Counted from the stretch's first letter, positions 38,097-47,595 are shown. The stretch is DNA of 64,000 nt from Thermoplasmata archaeon (GCA_022750415.1 JAKIVT010000002.1:2754-66753); one strand, 5' to 3'. A program made the numbers and translations. The notes: generated by a model not told the origin, from the sequence alone.

Positions 38097-38948
38097 ACGC
38101 CCACGACGCGTTGGCTCGTCCGGTTCGGGTACGACGGGCGCCCCTTCTACGGCTGGGCCCGCCAACCCGGTCTGCGCACGGTAGAGGGGGAGATCCTCGC
38201 GGGGATCGAACGTCGCGGAATTTCCTCCCCGCCTAGTGGGGCGAAAGTCGACGTCGCCAGCCGTACCGACCGGGGCGTGAGCGCCCGCGGGAACGCCCTC
38301 GTCCTCCACTCTCCCCTCCCCGGTCCGGCGCTTCTGCGGGCACTCAACGGAGTGGCGCAGGAGATCGTATTCACCGATGCGCGGGTCGTCGACGAGAGCT
38401 TCCGTCCCCGGGCCGCCGCCTCCCGGACCTACCGGTATCTGGAGGCGGCGCCCCGAGGCCCGTTGAACGCGTACCGGGCCGCGGCCGCCGTCGTGGTCGG
38501 CGACATCGACGTCCGGTCGTTCGGACGGGGGTTGCCGGGCGGGCGGCCCATCGTCCGTACCGTCCATCGGTTCGAGGTGACGGAGGACGGCACTGGTTTC
38601 GTTCTCGAGGTCTCGGCCCCGTCCTTCGTGTGGGGGATGGTCCGCAAGCTGGTCGGGGCGATCCGGCAGGTCGCGGCGAAGGAACTGGACCTCGCCACGT
38701 TGCGCGCGGCGGTTGCCGGCCGGCGGAGACTGACCCTTCCGCTCGCGGAACCCGAACCGCTCCTCCTGTGGGACGTTTCGTACGGGGTGCCCTGGACCGT
38801 GCACGCGACCGGCCTCAGCCGGCGTCAGAAGGCGTACTTCCGGACGGAGCGGCACGCAGCCCAGGTGCGCCACCGGTTGCTCGGTCGGCTGGGAGAGGAG
38901 CGGTTCGGTTCGGACGAAGCGTCTATGGACGCGGGAGGGTCTGAATAG
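38097..38948 (+). CDS. truA: tRNA pseudouridine(38-40) synthase; no canonical start before the conserved N-terminus
   Basis: In frame WLVRFGYDGRPFYGWARQPGLRTVEG...ASRTDRGVSARGN...F.PR..A.SRTYRY...SFVWGMVRK. Confidence 0.85.
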   Translation, partial: TPTTRWLVRFGYDGRPFYGWARQPGLRTVEGEILAGIERRGISSPPSGAKVDVASRTDRGVSARGNALVLHSPLPGPALLRALNGVAQEIVFTDARVVDESFRPRAAASRTYRYLEAAPRGPLNAYRAAAAVVVGDIDVRSFGRGLPGGRPIVRTVHRFEVTEDGTGFVLEVSAPSFVWGMVRKLVGAIRQVAAKELDLATLRAAVAGRRRLTLPLAEPEPLLLWDVSYGVPWTVHATGLSRRQKAYFRTERHAAQVRHRLLGRLGEERFGSDEASMDAGGSE

Positions 38949-38959
38949 CCCGTCCCCGG

Positions 38960-40582
38960 ATGACCGGCAACTTCGGCGCTATCGAGCTTCTCGTCGCGCT
39001 CGTCGGGGCCGCGGCGACGAGCAGCGCGTTCGCCCTGCGAATCTACTCCGGTCCGGGTCGTCCCACCGCGGTCGAAGCCGTTGCCACTCTCCGTCGTTGG
39101 GCGCCCGCGTTCGTTGGCCTCGCCCTTCTCCTCGCGCTCGGAGCAGCTCTCCACGGGATCGGTCGGGGAGTCGGCTTCGAGGAGGGACTAGTTGCCGGGG
39201 GACTCGCGGCCTTGGCGGTTGGGGCCTTGGAGGTTCCGGGCGAACCGGACGGCCCCGGTCCCCTCGAGCAACCGGTGCTCCTCGTCCGAGCAGTGTCGGG
39301 GGTCGGCTCCGCCGGGATCGCCATCGTCGCGGTGTTGGGAATCCTCCTCGTGGCGGGCTCCGGTCCGGCGGGGCTCTTCGGGGTCCCGGTCGGAGCCGGG
39401 GTGCTCCTCCTTCTCAGTGAGCCCGGCGATTCGCGGAGCGGGCGCCTCCGATTCCTCGCGGTCGCCACGGCGTTGTCGGCGTCGACCGCCTACGTGGCGG
39501 GCGCCGTGATCCTCCGCTCCCTCGTGGCGGACGCCCTGCTCCTTCCCCTGCTGGCGGCCGCGATGGCGAGCCTTGCCGGATTCGTCGGCCTTCTCCTCGA
39601 CCGCGTCGAGGGACCGTACAAGGTGGGCGTGCCCGCCGCGGTCGCCGCGGGAGTGGGTCTCGCCGCCGCAGCGGTCTTGGTATGGATGCCGAGCGAGCCC
39701 TCGATCGCCGTCGCCATGGCGGCCGGGTGGTTCGGCGCCGCGACCGTGGCCTACCTGCCGAAGTGGGCCGTCCTCGAGCCGCCCGAAGCCGCCGAAACCG
39801 CCCGGGCGGGAACCGCGCTCGGCGTCATCGGCTCGATGTCCGGGGGACTTCGGGCTGTTGGCGGGTCCGTGATCGGGTTCGCCGTGGCCGTGTGGGTCGC
39901 CGATGCGGCGGTCCGCCTCCTGCTCCCGGACGGATCCTTCGGCATCTCCCTCGCGGCCACGAGCGCCTCCGTCGGCGCCGCGGTCCTCGCGGCGATCCGG
40001 GTCGGGACCGGTCCGAGGGGCACGGCACGAGGCGCGTCCGAGGTCCTCGACGTCGCCGCGGTGGGGTGGGCCGGCTTGGCGATCGTCTTCGCCCTCCCCC
40101 TCGTCGTTCCGTCGCTCACCGGGGTTTCGAGCGCCGTCTTCGGCGCGCAACTCGGCCTCGGATCCCCGACGACGCTCAGCGGGCTCGTCCTCGGGGCCAC
40201 GCTGCCGTTCCTCCTCGCCTCCTCCGCCAAAACGTCCCGGGGTTCCAGATCCTGGGACATCACGCGTCGCTGGGGAGCGGCACTCGCCCCGGCCCTCGCG
40301 GCCGTGTTCGTCGTCACAGTGTTCGGTCCGGCCGCCGTCGTTGCGCTCGTGCTGGGCGCCACGCTGACCGGAATCCCCCTCGGGATCTTCTGGGCGGCCG
40401 CCCGGGAGGCCACCGCCTCGGTGCGGTCGGTCGCGCCGGGGTCCTCGGCTTCCCCAGAGCTCGCGGCCGCTCTCGACGCCGAGAGCGGCTGGCGAATCTC
40501 CGCGGCGGTGATCGCGACCGGGGTCGCCGCCCTCGGGGTCACCCTCGTGGCCACCGGCGCCACGGGCTGGTTCGGCTTCTGA
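38960..40582 (+). CDS. polytopic membrane protein resembling a degenerate membrane-integral pyrophosphatase scaffold
   Basis: About 15-16 TM segments; A.TARAGTALGVI..M..G, FGISLAA, EVLD, L.SP..L.GL.LGA.LPFL, FGP.A...L.LGA.L.G..L.IF resemble HppA TM segments. Confidence 0.55.
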   Translation: MTGNFGAIELLVALVGAAATSSAFALRIYSGPGRPTAVEAVATLRRWAPAFVGLALLLALGAALHGIGRGVGFEEGLVAGGLAALAVGALEVPGEPDGPGPLEQPVLLVRAVSGVGSAGIAIVAVLGILLVAGSGPAGLFGVPVGAGVLLLLSEPGDSRSGRLRFLAVATALSASTAYVAGAVILRSLVADALLLPLLAAAMASLAGFVGLLLDRVEGPYKVGVPAAVAAGVGLAAAAVLVWMPSEPSIAVAMAAGWFGAATVAYLPKWAVLEPPEAAETARAGTALGVIGSMSGGLRAVGGSVIGFAVAVWVADAAVRLLLPDGSFGISLAATSASVGAAVLAAIRVGTGPRGTARGASEVLDVAAVGWAGLAIVFALPLVVPSLTGVSSAVFGAQLGLGSPTTLSGLVLGATLPFLLASSAKTSRGSRSWDITRRWGAALAPALAAVFVVTVFGPAAVVALVLGATLTGIPLGIFWAAAREATASVRSVAPGSSASPELAAALDAESGWRISAAVIATGVAALGVTLVATGATGWFGF

Positions 40583-40624
40583 GCCGTCGGCCCTCCGTCG
40601 CAGAGGCGCGGAACGCGGCCCGCC

Positions 40625-41878
40625 CTAGATCCCCGAGGCCCGGGATGCGGCCCGCGGCACGGAGACCGGGAGTCGCCGCGGCGGGCGCCGCCGGAGGAAC
40701 CAAGCGAGGGCCACCGGAACTGCGATGACGACCGCCAAGCCGCCGACCTCCGTCGTGGAGAGGGGGATCGGGAAGAGGGTCGAGTCGACCGGTGCGGCGG
40801 GAACCGCCCAACCCCAGTCGTCGGAGAGGATCGAGCCGTTCGTGACGGCGATTCCTCCGAACAGGATGTCGTGATTCACAATGGAGTCGAAGTACAGCTG
40901 GGCCCCGAGCCGGGGCGATGGGGTGTCCGTCCCCTCGACCGCGACATTGGTCCAGGTGGCGTTCGCAAACTCCCACGTGGACTCCGTCCGGTCCCCAAGG
41001 TAGAGGAGCATCCCGGACCCATGGGGGTCGTAGGCCGCCCGCGGCACCAGACTCTCCGGAGGGCTGGAGGCGGGGGTGAAGTCCCGCCAGATGCCACCCG
41101 ACCACTCCCAGGTCTCGTCGATCGTCCCGTTGCCCGAGCCTCCGAACAAGAAAATCGCCCGGTCGGCCGGATCGTAGGCGAACGCCTCGCCGCTGCGAGG
41201 AAGGGGCGATTTCGTGTACGGGGCGGCCGACCAGTTGCCCCTCTCGAACGTCCAAAGTCCGACGTTTCCTACCCCGCTGAACAGGACCGTCGTGTTGTCC
41301 GCCTCATCGAAGGCGAGTCCCGCCCCGGCTTGGGCCGGGGGCGACTGGGCCTGGAACGCCGTCACGTCGACCCAGGTGTCGAGCCCGAGGAACTCCCAGG
41401 TCTGCCCGGAGGCGGTGCCGTTCGCGAACTCCCCACCGAACAGGACGTAGTACCCGTCGGACCGGTCGTAGGCGAGGCTCGCGTTGGTGAGGGGCGGGGG
41501 GCTCACGGTGAGGTCATCGGCCTTGTCGACCCAGGAGCCCGGGAAATCCCCGTCGTTGACCCAGGTGTCGTTGAGCGTCGTTCCTCCGACGGACCTGCCC
41601 CCGAACACCACGCCGTCTCCCGCCAGCCGGTCGAAGGCGATCGCCGCGTACGCCCGGGCGAACGGCTCCGGCCGGGGCGGCGGCCCGGCCTGGGTCCAGC
41701 TGTTCCCGGCCGGAAGACCGCTGGTGACGAGTGGCGAGCTTCCCGCCCCGAGATGGCCCGCGAACGCCATGGCGGAGGAGGGACCAAGGAGCGCGCCCAC
41801 GAACGCGACGACCGCGAGGCACCGCAGACGCGCCGGGGCTCGGCCCGAGTCCAGACGCCGGGAACCCGCCGAGCCCAT
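40625..41878 (-). CDS. membrane-anchored Kelch-repeat protein
   Basis: Repeats AFD...VVFGG...LNDTW and LAYD..D.YYVLFGG...TWEF; signal peptide and C-terminal TM. Confidence 0.82.
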   Translation of the reverse strand: MGSAGSRRLDSGRAPARLRCLAVVAFVGALLGPSSAMAFAGHLGAGSSPLVTSGLPAGNSWTQAGPPPRPEPFARAYAAIAFDRLAGDGVVFGGRSVGGTTLNDTWVNDGDFPGSWVDKADDLTVSPPPLTNASLAYDRSDGYYVLFGGEFANGTASGQTWEFLGLDTWVDVTAFQAQSPPAQAGAGLAFDEADNTTVLFSGVGNVGLWTFERGNWSAAPYTKSPLPRSGEAFAYDPADRAIFLFGGSGNGTIDETWEWSGGIWRDFTPASSPPESLVPRAAYDPHGSGMLLYLGDRTESTWEFANATWTNVAVEGTDTPSPRLGAQLYFDSIVNHDILFGGIAVTNGSILSDDWGWAVPAAPVDSTLFPIPLSTTEVGGLAVVIAVPVALAWFLRRRPPRRLPVSVPRAASRASGI

Positions 41879-42104
41879 CGACCGAAGCGATGGGCCTCTC
41901 CGTGGGTAATAGCCTTCGTCGGAACCGACGGCGTGGACGGGGAACTCCGGCGACCGGAACGGCGACGGCCGGAGGGAGTGCCGGCGCCCCGGCGTCGCCG
42001 TGGACCCACGGACTCGTCTTACCCGTCGCGACGGCTCGCGCCCCACGGCAAGGGTAGAAGAGGGGGAACTTCGTCGCGAGCCTTCCACCGTCGGAGGTGG
42101 AAGC

Positions 42105-42926
42105 GTGTCGAACCACCGGAATTGGACCGCGGGCATCGTCTTGGCGATCATGGTACTGCCGAGCTTGGGGGCCGCGACGGTTGTCGTCGCGCCGGCGCTC
42201 GTGCTCGGTCCCGCCACCGCCATCCTGCACTCCGGCCCGGCGCATCCGACGACGAAGACCAACAACTGGGCCGGCTATGCCGTGAGCAGCACGGCGGGGA
42301 CGGTCACCTACGTCAAGGGTTCCTGGATCGAGCCGAAGGCGGTCTCCTGTCCGGCCTCCGGATTCCAGTACTCCTCCTTCTGGGTCGGCATCGACGGGTT
42401 CGGCACCGCGACCGTCGAGCAGACCGGTACGGACACCGACTGCTGGGCCGGGGTCGCCACCTACTACGCGTGGTACGAGTTCTACCCGCACCCCTCGCAC
42501 ACGATTACGTCGGTCCCGATCCACGCGGGGGACACCATCTCCGCGTCGGTGAAGTGGGTGAACTCGACGGTCGGATTCAAGGTGAATCTCACCGACGTCA
42601 CGACCGGACGGTACTCCTGGCACACCTCCACGGTCTCGTCCGCGTCCCGCGCGACGGCCGAGTGGATCGCCGAGGCGCCCTACTCCGGGGGCGTCCTACC
42701 GCTCGCCGACTTCGGCAAGGTCCATTTCGGGAAGGACGCGACGGCGGTGGCGGGCACCAACCTCGCCACCATCAGCGGCACGACCGGCGTCCTCTCCTCG
42801 TTCGGGTCGTCGCTCTACAAGGTGAACATGATCAACAACGCTGGCACGGCGTACAAGGCCATCACGTCGGCCGTCTCGCACGACGGGACGAGCTTCAACG
42901 TCACCTGGAAGGGCGCCGGACCGTAG
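42105..42926 (+). CDS. secreted G1-family glutamic endopeptidase (second paralog)
   Basis: NNWAGY, WVGIDG, EQTGT, AWYEFYP, TAEWIAEAP. Confidence 0.9.
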   Translation: MSNHRNWTAGIVLAIMVLPSLGAATVVVAPALVLGPATAILHSGPAHPTTKTNNWAGYAVSSTAGTVTYVKGSWIEPKAVSCPASGFQYSSFWVGIDGFGTATVEQTGTDTDCWAGVATYYAWYEFYPHPSHTITSVPIHAGDTISASVKWVNSTVGFKVNLTDVTTGRYSWHTSTVSSASRATAEWIAEAPYSGGVLPLADFGKVHFGKDATAVAGTNLATISGTTGVLSSFGSSLYKVNMINNAGTAYKAITSAVSHDGTSFNVTWKGAGP

Positions 42927-42979
42927 GGGGTGAGGGACACCCGCCCCGGCGGGAATCCGCCGGGGCCGGCCGCGTCGAC

Positions 42980-43648
42980 CTAGCCGGCCATCGGCCGGCA
43001 GAACGCATCGAGGAACCGCCACCAGGCGTCCATCGTCGCGTCAACCGCCCGCTCGACGGTCCGGGCCTCGCGAGTTCCGGTGGCCAGCTCGTGCTCGATG
43101 AGCCTTCGTTCCGCGGCCGAATGCTCCACGTCGGCCGACTCGTGGACCCGGAAGAACTCGAGCCCGCGGGGGTCCTCGACCCCGTAGAACTTCGCGAGTC
43201 CGCGCGCCTTCTCCGCGGCGACCGCCGGGAAGATCGATTCGTAGGCATACAGGGCTCCGAGCGCGGAACCGGCGGTCCCGCGGACGGCGTGGCGCTCGTA
43301 GGTGGAGAGGAGGCGACGGGTCGCCGGGTTCCATCGGGCCCCGATGACGTCGGAGCGGGGAACGCCGAGCGCGTCGGCGAACCGGAGCCACAGCTCCGGG
43401 TGGGTCGGGTCCCGCCCTTCCTCGTCGACGAGGTTGTCGAGGAGCGCGCGACGCCCGACCACGTCCTCGACGCGGCTGTACGCGGCGGCGACGAACCGGG
43501 GGAAGTTCTGCTCGAACTGGAAGTACTGCCCCGCGTAGGTGCGGAGCGTTCCCATCTCGACCTCGCCGTTCGACCAGGCCCGGTAGAACGGGTGCTTCAA
43601 CAGGTGCCGTCGGGCGATCCGCCGGTCGATCCCTCGGATGGTCGTCAC
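42980..43648 (-). CDS. CADD-like heme-oxygenase-like dimetal oxidase (TenA/PqqC superfamily)
   Basis: HLLKHPFY.AW..G, NL.DEE....HPELW, ALYAYE..FP.VA..K..GL..FYG, FF.VH..AD.EH. Confidence 0.85.
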   Translation of the reverse strand: MTTIRGIDRRIARRHLLKHPFYRAWSNGEVEMGTLRTYAGQYFQFEQNFPRFVAAAYSRVEDVVGRRALLDNLVDEEGRDPTHPELWLRFADALGVPRSDVIGARWNPATRRLLSTYERHAVRGTAGSALGALYAYESIFPAVAAEKARGLAKFYGVEDPRGLEFFRVHESADVEHSAAERRLIEHELATGTREARTVERAVDATMDAWWRFLDAFCRPMAG

Positions 43649-43777
43649 GGACGGGTCGAGGGAATCGGGGTAGTAGAAGCTTCGCGCCGGATTTCGGCCC
43701 CGGGAGCCGCTTCGGGGGCCCCGTGGGGGTTCGTACCGGCCTGATTTGAGACGCCCCCGGCTCGATCGGTCGCTCCC

Positions 43778-44710
43778 GTGCCGCCCCTGTTCTTCGTCAC
43801 TCCGGACCTCTGGCTCGACGTCATCGTCGCCGTGGTGATGATCGTCGCCGAGGTGTACATCCTCACCCAGATCCTGCCCCGGTCCGGCCCCCCTCCCGCC
43901 ATGACACGGATGGTCATCGGCAGCACCGCGCTGGTCGGGTCCTCGGGGGTCCTCATGGCGCTCCTCGGGGCGTACCTCCAGTCGAATCTGAACACCTACA
44001 GCGTCGTCCTGCTCGCGTTCAACGGCATGATGCTGCTGCCGCCCGGTCTCTGGTTCATCTCCCTCATCGTGTTCGAGGACCGGAAGATCCGGGCGGAGAG
44101 CTGGTTCTGGCCCCTCGCGATCACGGCCATGGCGAGCTCCGCCGAGCTCCTCATGGGCCTGTTCTTCAGCGTCGCCGCCGGGGTCCCTCTCGCGACCGCG
44201 AGCGTGCTCGCCGGGACGCTGACCTCGGTCTGGTACCTCTGGTCGATGGCCAGCGCGATGGTCGCCCTCCTCCTCTGGGTCCGTCTCGACCGGGCGGTGC
44301 GCGACCCGCTCCTGGGGCTTGCCGCGGCCGGCGTCGTCGCCCCGTTCGTCCCGGTCGACCCCCTCGTCGGCGCGGCGCTGATGACGGGAGGGATGACCCT
44401 CACCCTCCTCGTCGTCTTCCGGGGGATCCGACACGGCCACCCCGCCGGAGCCGAGGCGGGGAAGGTCCTGACCGGGGTCGTCGCCGCCTTCTTCGCGATG
44501 AGCGTCGCCGGCTTCGGCCTCGCGCTCGCGCCGGGCTCGGTCCTCGCCTTGCTCGCGTTCGGCGGGGTCATGGCGGCGGCGATGACCGCGGAGTTTCTGT
44601 TCCTGGTCCGCGCGGGACTGCGTCCGGGAGCCGCCAACGCGGCTCCCCTGGCCCACCCGAGCGAGGCGAGGGCCGGCGGGGCTCGCCCGTCGGCGGCGTC
44701 GGAGCCGTAG
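43778..44710 (+). CDS. polytopic membrane protein of unknown function
   Basis: About 9 hydrophobic segments. Confidence 0.75.
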   Translation: MPPLFFVTPDLWLDVIVAVVMIVAEVYILTQILPRSGPPPAMTRMVIGSTALVGSSGVLMALLGAYLQSNLNTYSVVLLAFNGMMLLPPGLWFISLIVFEDRKIRAESWFWPLAITAMASSAELLMGLFFSVAAGVPLATASVLAGTLTSVWYLWSMASAMVALLLWVRLDRAVRDPLLGLAAAGVVAPFVPVDPLVGAALMTGGMTLTLLVVFRGIRHGHPAGAEAGKVLTGVVAAFFAMSVAGFGLALAPGSVLALLAFGGVMAAAMTAEFLFLVRAGLRPGAANAAPLAHPSEARAGGARPSAASEP

Positions 44711-44745
44711 CGACGGTCCACCGCCCGGACCCCCCCCCTCGTACG

Positions 44746-44766
44746 CTATATCTCTCAACGATATAG
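44746..44766. promoter_or_regulatory. perfect inverted repeat CTATATC-N7-GATATAG; likely PadR operator
   Basis: Seen directly, 7 bp upstream of the padR ATG. Confidence 0.65.
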
Positions 44767-44773
44767 TTGGGGT

Positions 44774-45175
44774 ATGACCGCGCCCTCCGGGGACCGGTTC
44801 CTCTCGACGTTGCGCCGCGAGCTTCGCCACGGGGTGCTCCCGGTGTGGGTCCTCGAGAGTCTGGAGGACGGTCCTTCGTACGGGTACGAGCTCCTCGAGA
44901 AGCTCCGCTCCCGTCACGGGGACGACGCGGCCGCCTCCCCCTCCCGACTGTACCCGGCGCTCGCGCGACTCCGGTCCCACGGGCTCGTGCGGATCTACCA
45001 CGGCAAGGAGAGCCTCGGTCCGGTCCGGAAGTACTACGAGCTCACCCCCGCCGGGCGCGCAATGCTCCCCGAGGTTCGGGCGTTGGCCCTGACGCTTCGG
45101 ACCCTCTCCGGTCCCTCGTACGGTCCGTTGGAGGGACCGACTCGATTGACGAGGCCCGTCGGGGGAGGACCATGA
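44774..45175 (+). CDS. PadR-family transcriptional regulator
   Basis: LR.G.L...VL..L..GPSYGYEL, LYPAL.RL...GLV, GP.RKYYELT..GR. Confidence 0.92.
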   Translation: MTAPSGDRFLSTLRRELRHGVLPVWVLESLEDGPSYGYELLEKLRSRHGDDAAASPSRLYPALARLRSHGLVRIYHGKESLGPVRKYYELTPAGRAMLPEVRALALTLRTLSGPSYGPLEGPTRLTRPVGGGP

Positions 45176-45885
45176 CGGACCTTCCGTCGAATCCTCGGCG
45201 GGTTGCCCCGATCCCGGCCGGAGACCCGTCCCGCGCCTGGCGCTGGGTCGCGCGATGCGGTGGGCTCGGGGCCCTCGCCCTGGGCGCGACGTTCGTCCTC
45301 GTCCGCCCGCGCCTGGCCCCGCAGATCCCGAGCCACTACGGTGCCTTCGGCGACGTGACAGCGACCCTGTCTCCGCTGGCGTTCGTCCTCATCGGACTCC
45401 TCCTCCAGGCCGCGGTCACCGGCGTGCTGACCGTCGTCCTGTACGTCTCGCTGCGGAGCGGCGTCATCGAGCAGCAACAGGGCCCGGGGATCTCCCGGCT
45501 CCTCGGAGCCTTGCTCTCCGCGATGGCGGCGCTGACGGTTCCCGGCCCGCTCATCCTCCTCCTTCTCGGCGACGCGGGGTACCTTGCCCTCGGCGCGGGG
45601 CCGGCGCCGGCCGTGCTGTTCCTCGTCGTCCCCGTCGTCCTGGCCGTGGTCCTGGTGAGCGTCCGCGCGCGCGGCGGACCGTCCGTCCGCGCGGTCCGGT
45701 TCGAGTGCTCGGCCTGTGGGGAGTCGTTCGCCCCGCCGGCGTGGCGGTGGATGGTGGGACCGCACATCGGGGCCTCGGTGTACCTGACGTGCCCACGATG
45801 CGGCGAGCGGGGCTGGGACGTGCGGGTCGGCGCCCGCGTGTGGAATCCGAACCCGGAGCCGGCGGATTCCCAACGGCTTCCGTAG
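45172..45885 (+). CDS. DUF1648/SdpI-like membrane protein with C-terminal zinc ribbon
   Basis: L.PQIPSHYG.FG, 4 TM, then FECSACG.SF...YLTCPRCG.RGW; ATGA-coupled to padR. Confidence 0.75.
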   Translation: MTDLPSNPRRVAPIPAGDPSRAWRWVARCGGLGALALGATFVLVRPRLAPQIPSHYGAFGDVTATLSPLAFVLIGLLLQAAVTGVLTVVLYVSLRSGVIEQQQGPGISRLLGALLSAMAALTVPGPLILLLLGDAGYLALGAGPAPAVLFLVVPVVLAVVLVSVRARGGPSVRAVRFECSACGESFAPPAWRWMVGPHIGASVYLTCPRCGERGWDVRVGARVWNPNPEPADSQRLP

Positions 45886-45895
45886 GTCGGAGGGC

Positions 45896-47185
45896 TCACG
45901 CCTGGGAAGGTCCGCCCGGCTCGACCGTGGCCATTGGCGGGCGCGGAAGCCCATCCCGGGCCGAGACGGGAACCGGTCCGGTGACCGCCGTCTCCGAGGT
46001 GACGCGCGGTTCCGTGGTCCACTGCAGCGGCAGGAACGCCCGTTCCGGGGCCACCGCCGCGAGGACCGCGAACGCGCCGAGAAGGCCGAATTGCAGGAGC
46101 CAACGGAGGGCGAGGGAGAGCGGCCCGACCGAGGGGGGGAGCACCGCTCCCCACGCCGCCGGCGCTCCCGCCGCCCCGAGAAGCTCGTTCCCGAGGCCGA
46201 ACACCCCCCAGCCCGAGAGGGGCGGGGGTACCCACGTCGCCAAGGAAAGGCCGCCCACGAGCAACGCGCCGCGGACCGCAAGGGCCCGGGACTTCGGGGT
46301 GCTCTCCCGCAGGAACCGGTAGGTGCCGACGGCGAACAGTCCCGCGCAGATCCCGAAGAGCGAAACGAACTGGTGCTGCAGGAGCCACCGAACGAGAGCC
46401 GCTGCGGTCACGCCCGGCGGGGCCGACGCGGTCCACTCCGCCACCGCGGCGAGCGACCAGGTGACGCCGGCCACGACCAGCCCGACTCGCAGGGCCGCGC
46501 CAATCAGGAACCGCGCGTCGACCGGTGCGTTGGCCGGGGCGTCCTCGACGTCCCCGCCGAGAAGCCTCCCGTACACGGTCAGGATCTGCTCCTGGGCGAC
46601 CAGCGCGACCCAGAGGACCGCGACCTGGAAGACGTTCAAGTACCACGTGTTCGCGAGGACCGACCCGATCGTCGTCCCGCTGCTCTGGGCGACGACCCCG
46701 ATCCCGGCGGTGGCGGCGGCGGTGGTCGAGCAGCAGGCACCGAGGGTGACGAGCGCGATCACCGCCGGGGTCAGCCCCGAGACCGAGCCGAGTGTCGCCG
46801 GGCGGGTGGTGCCGGCTCGCGGACGGCGCAACAGGCGGTACGCCAGCACGAGGCCGACCGACATCCCGATCCCGACACCGAGGGACACGACGACCATCGT
46901 GACGGTCGCGAGGAACGGGAGGACGAGGACCGCGCCGGGGCCGGTGACTACCAGGGCGGGGTAGTTCCACCAGGCGTACGCCCCGCTTCCGGTGACGACC
47001 TCCGCCTGGACGGAATGGAACGCCGTCGGCCGGAGGATGAGCATCTGGCCGGCGAGGAGGGAAACGAACGCGTAGAGGAGGGCCACGAACGCGACCATCA
47101 GGGCCCCGACGCGAGTCCGAAGGAGCGAGCGGCTCCGCTCGAGGGTGAGCAAAGAGAGCGCGCCGGGCGAGGCTCCGTTCGACAT
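45896..47185 (-). CDS. polytopic membrane protein with an intramembrane GACCS motif
   Basis: 8-9 TM; TLGACCSTT. Confidence 0.72.
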   Translation of the reverse strand: MSNGASPGALSLLTLERSRSLLRTRVGALMVAFVALLYAFVSLLAGQMLILRPTAFHSVQAEVVTGSGAYAWWNYPALVVTGPGAVLVLPFLATVTMVVVSLGVGIGMSVGLVLAYRLLRRPRAGTTRPATLGSVSGLTPAVIALVTLGACCSTTAAATAGIGVVAQSSGTTIGSVLANTWYLNVFQVAVLWVALVAQEQILTVYGRLLGGDVEDAPANAPVDARFLIGAALRVGLVVAGVTWSLAAVAEWTASAPPGVTAAALVRWLLQHQFVSLFGICAGLFAVGTYRFLRESTPKSRALAVRGALLVGGLSLATWVPPPLSGWGVFGLGNELLGAAGAPAAWGAVLPPSVGPLSLALRWLLQFGLLGAFAVLAAVAPERAFLPLQWTTEPRVTSETAVTGPVPVSARDGLPRPPMATVEPGGPSQA

Positions 47186-47223
47186 CGAGCTGGCTAGACC
47201 TTCGGCGTCGAGCTTGGGGCGCC

Positions 47224-47595
47224 TTAAGGCGGCGGGGTATGTATCCGGTCCGGCCCGCCCGACGGGGCCGCGGCCCCTGGCCCCTCCGGGGGAGCGAACA
47301 CGACCAGCAGGACCAGCTCCTCCACGATGTCGAGGAACCGATGGGTCTCACCCGCCGGGACGAACAGGACGTCCCCGGGCGCGACGGAGCGGGTTTCGTC
47401 GCCCTGTTGGAACCGGGCCCGCCCCTGGGTGACGTAGTAGATCTCGTCCTCGCGGTGCGGGCTCTGCCGGTCGGCCGAGCCGGCGGGCAGCACGTACACA
47501 CCGGCGCTCATCGACCGTTGCCGGAGAAATTCGACGTACCGGTCCGGCCACGACCGGGCCTCTCGGGCCACATCGTGAACGGAGGGCATCGGCAT
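47224..47595 (-). CDS. cupin domain protein
   Basis: YVEFLR..SMSAGVY.L..G..D.QSPH.EDEIYYV..G, PGD..FVPAG..HRF. Confidence 0.9.
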   Translation of the reverse strand: MPMPSVHDVAREARSWPDRYVEFLRQRSMSAGVYVLPAGSADRQSPHREDEIYYVTQGRARFQQGDETRSVAPGDVLFVPAGETHRFLDIVEELVLLVVFAPPEGPGAAAPSGGPDRIHTPPP

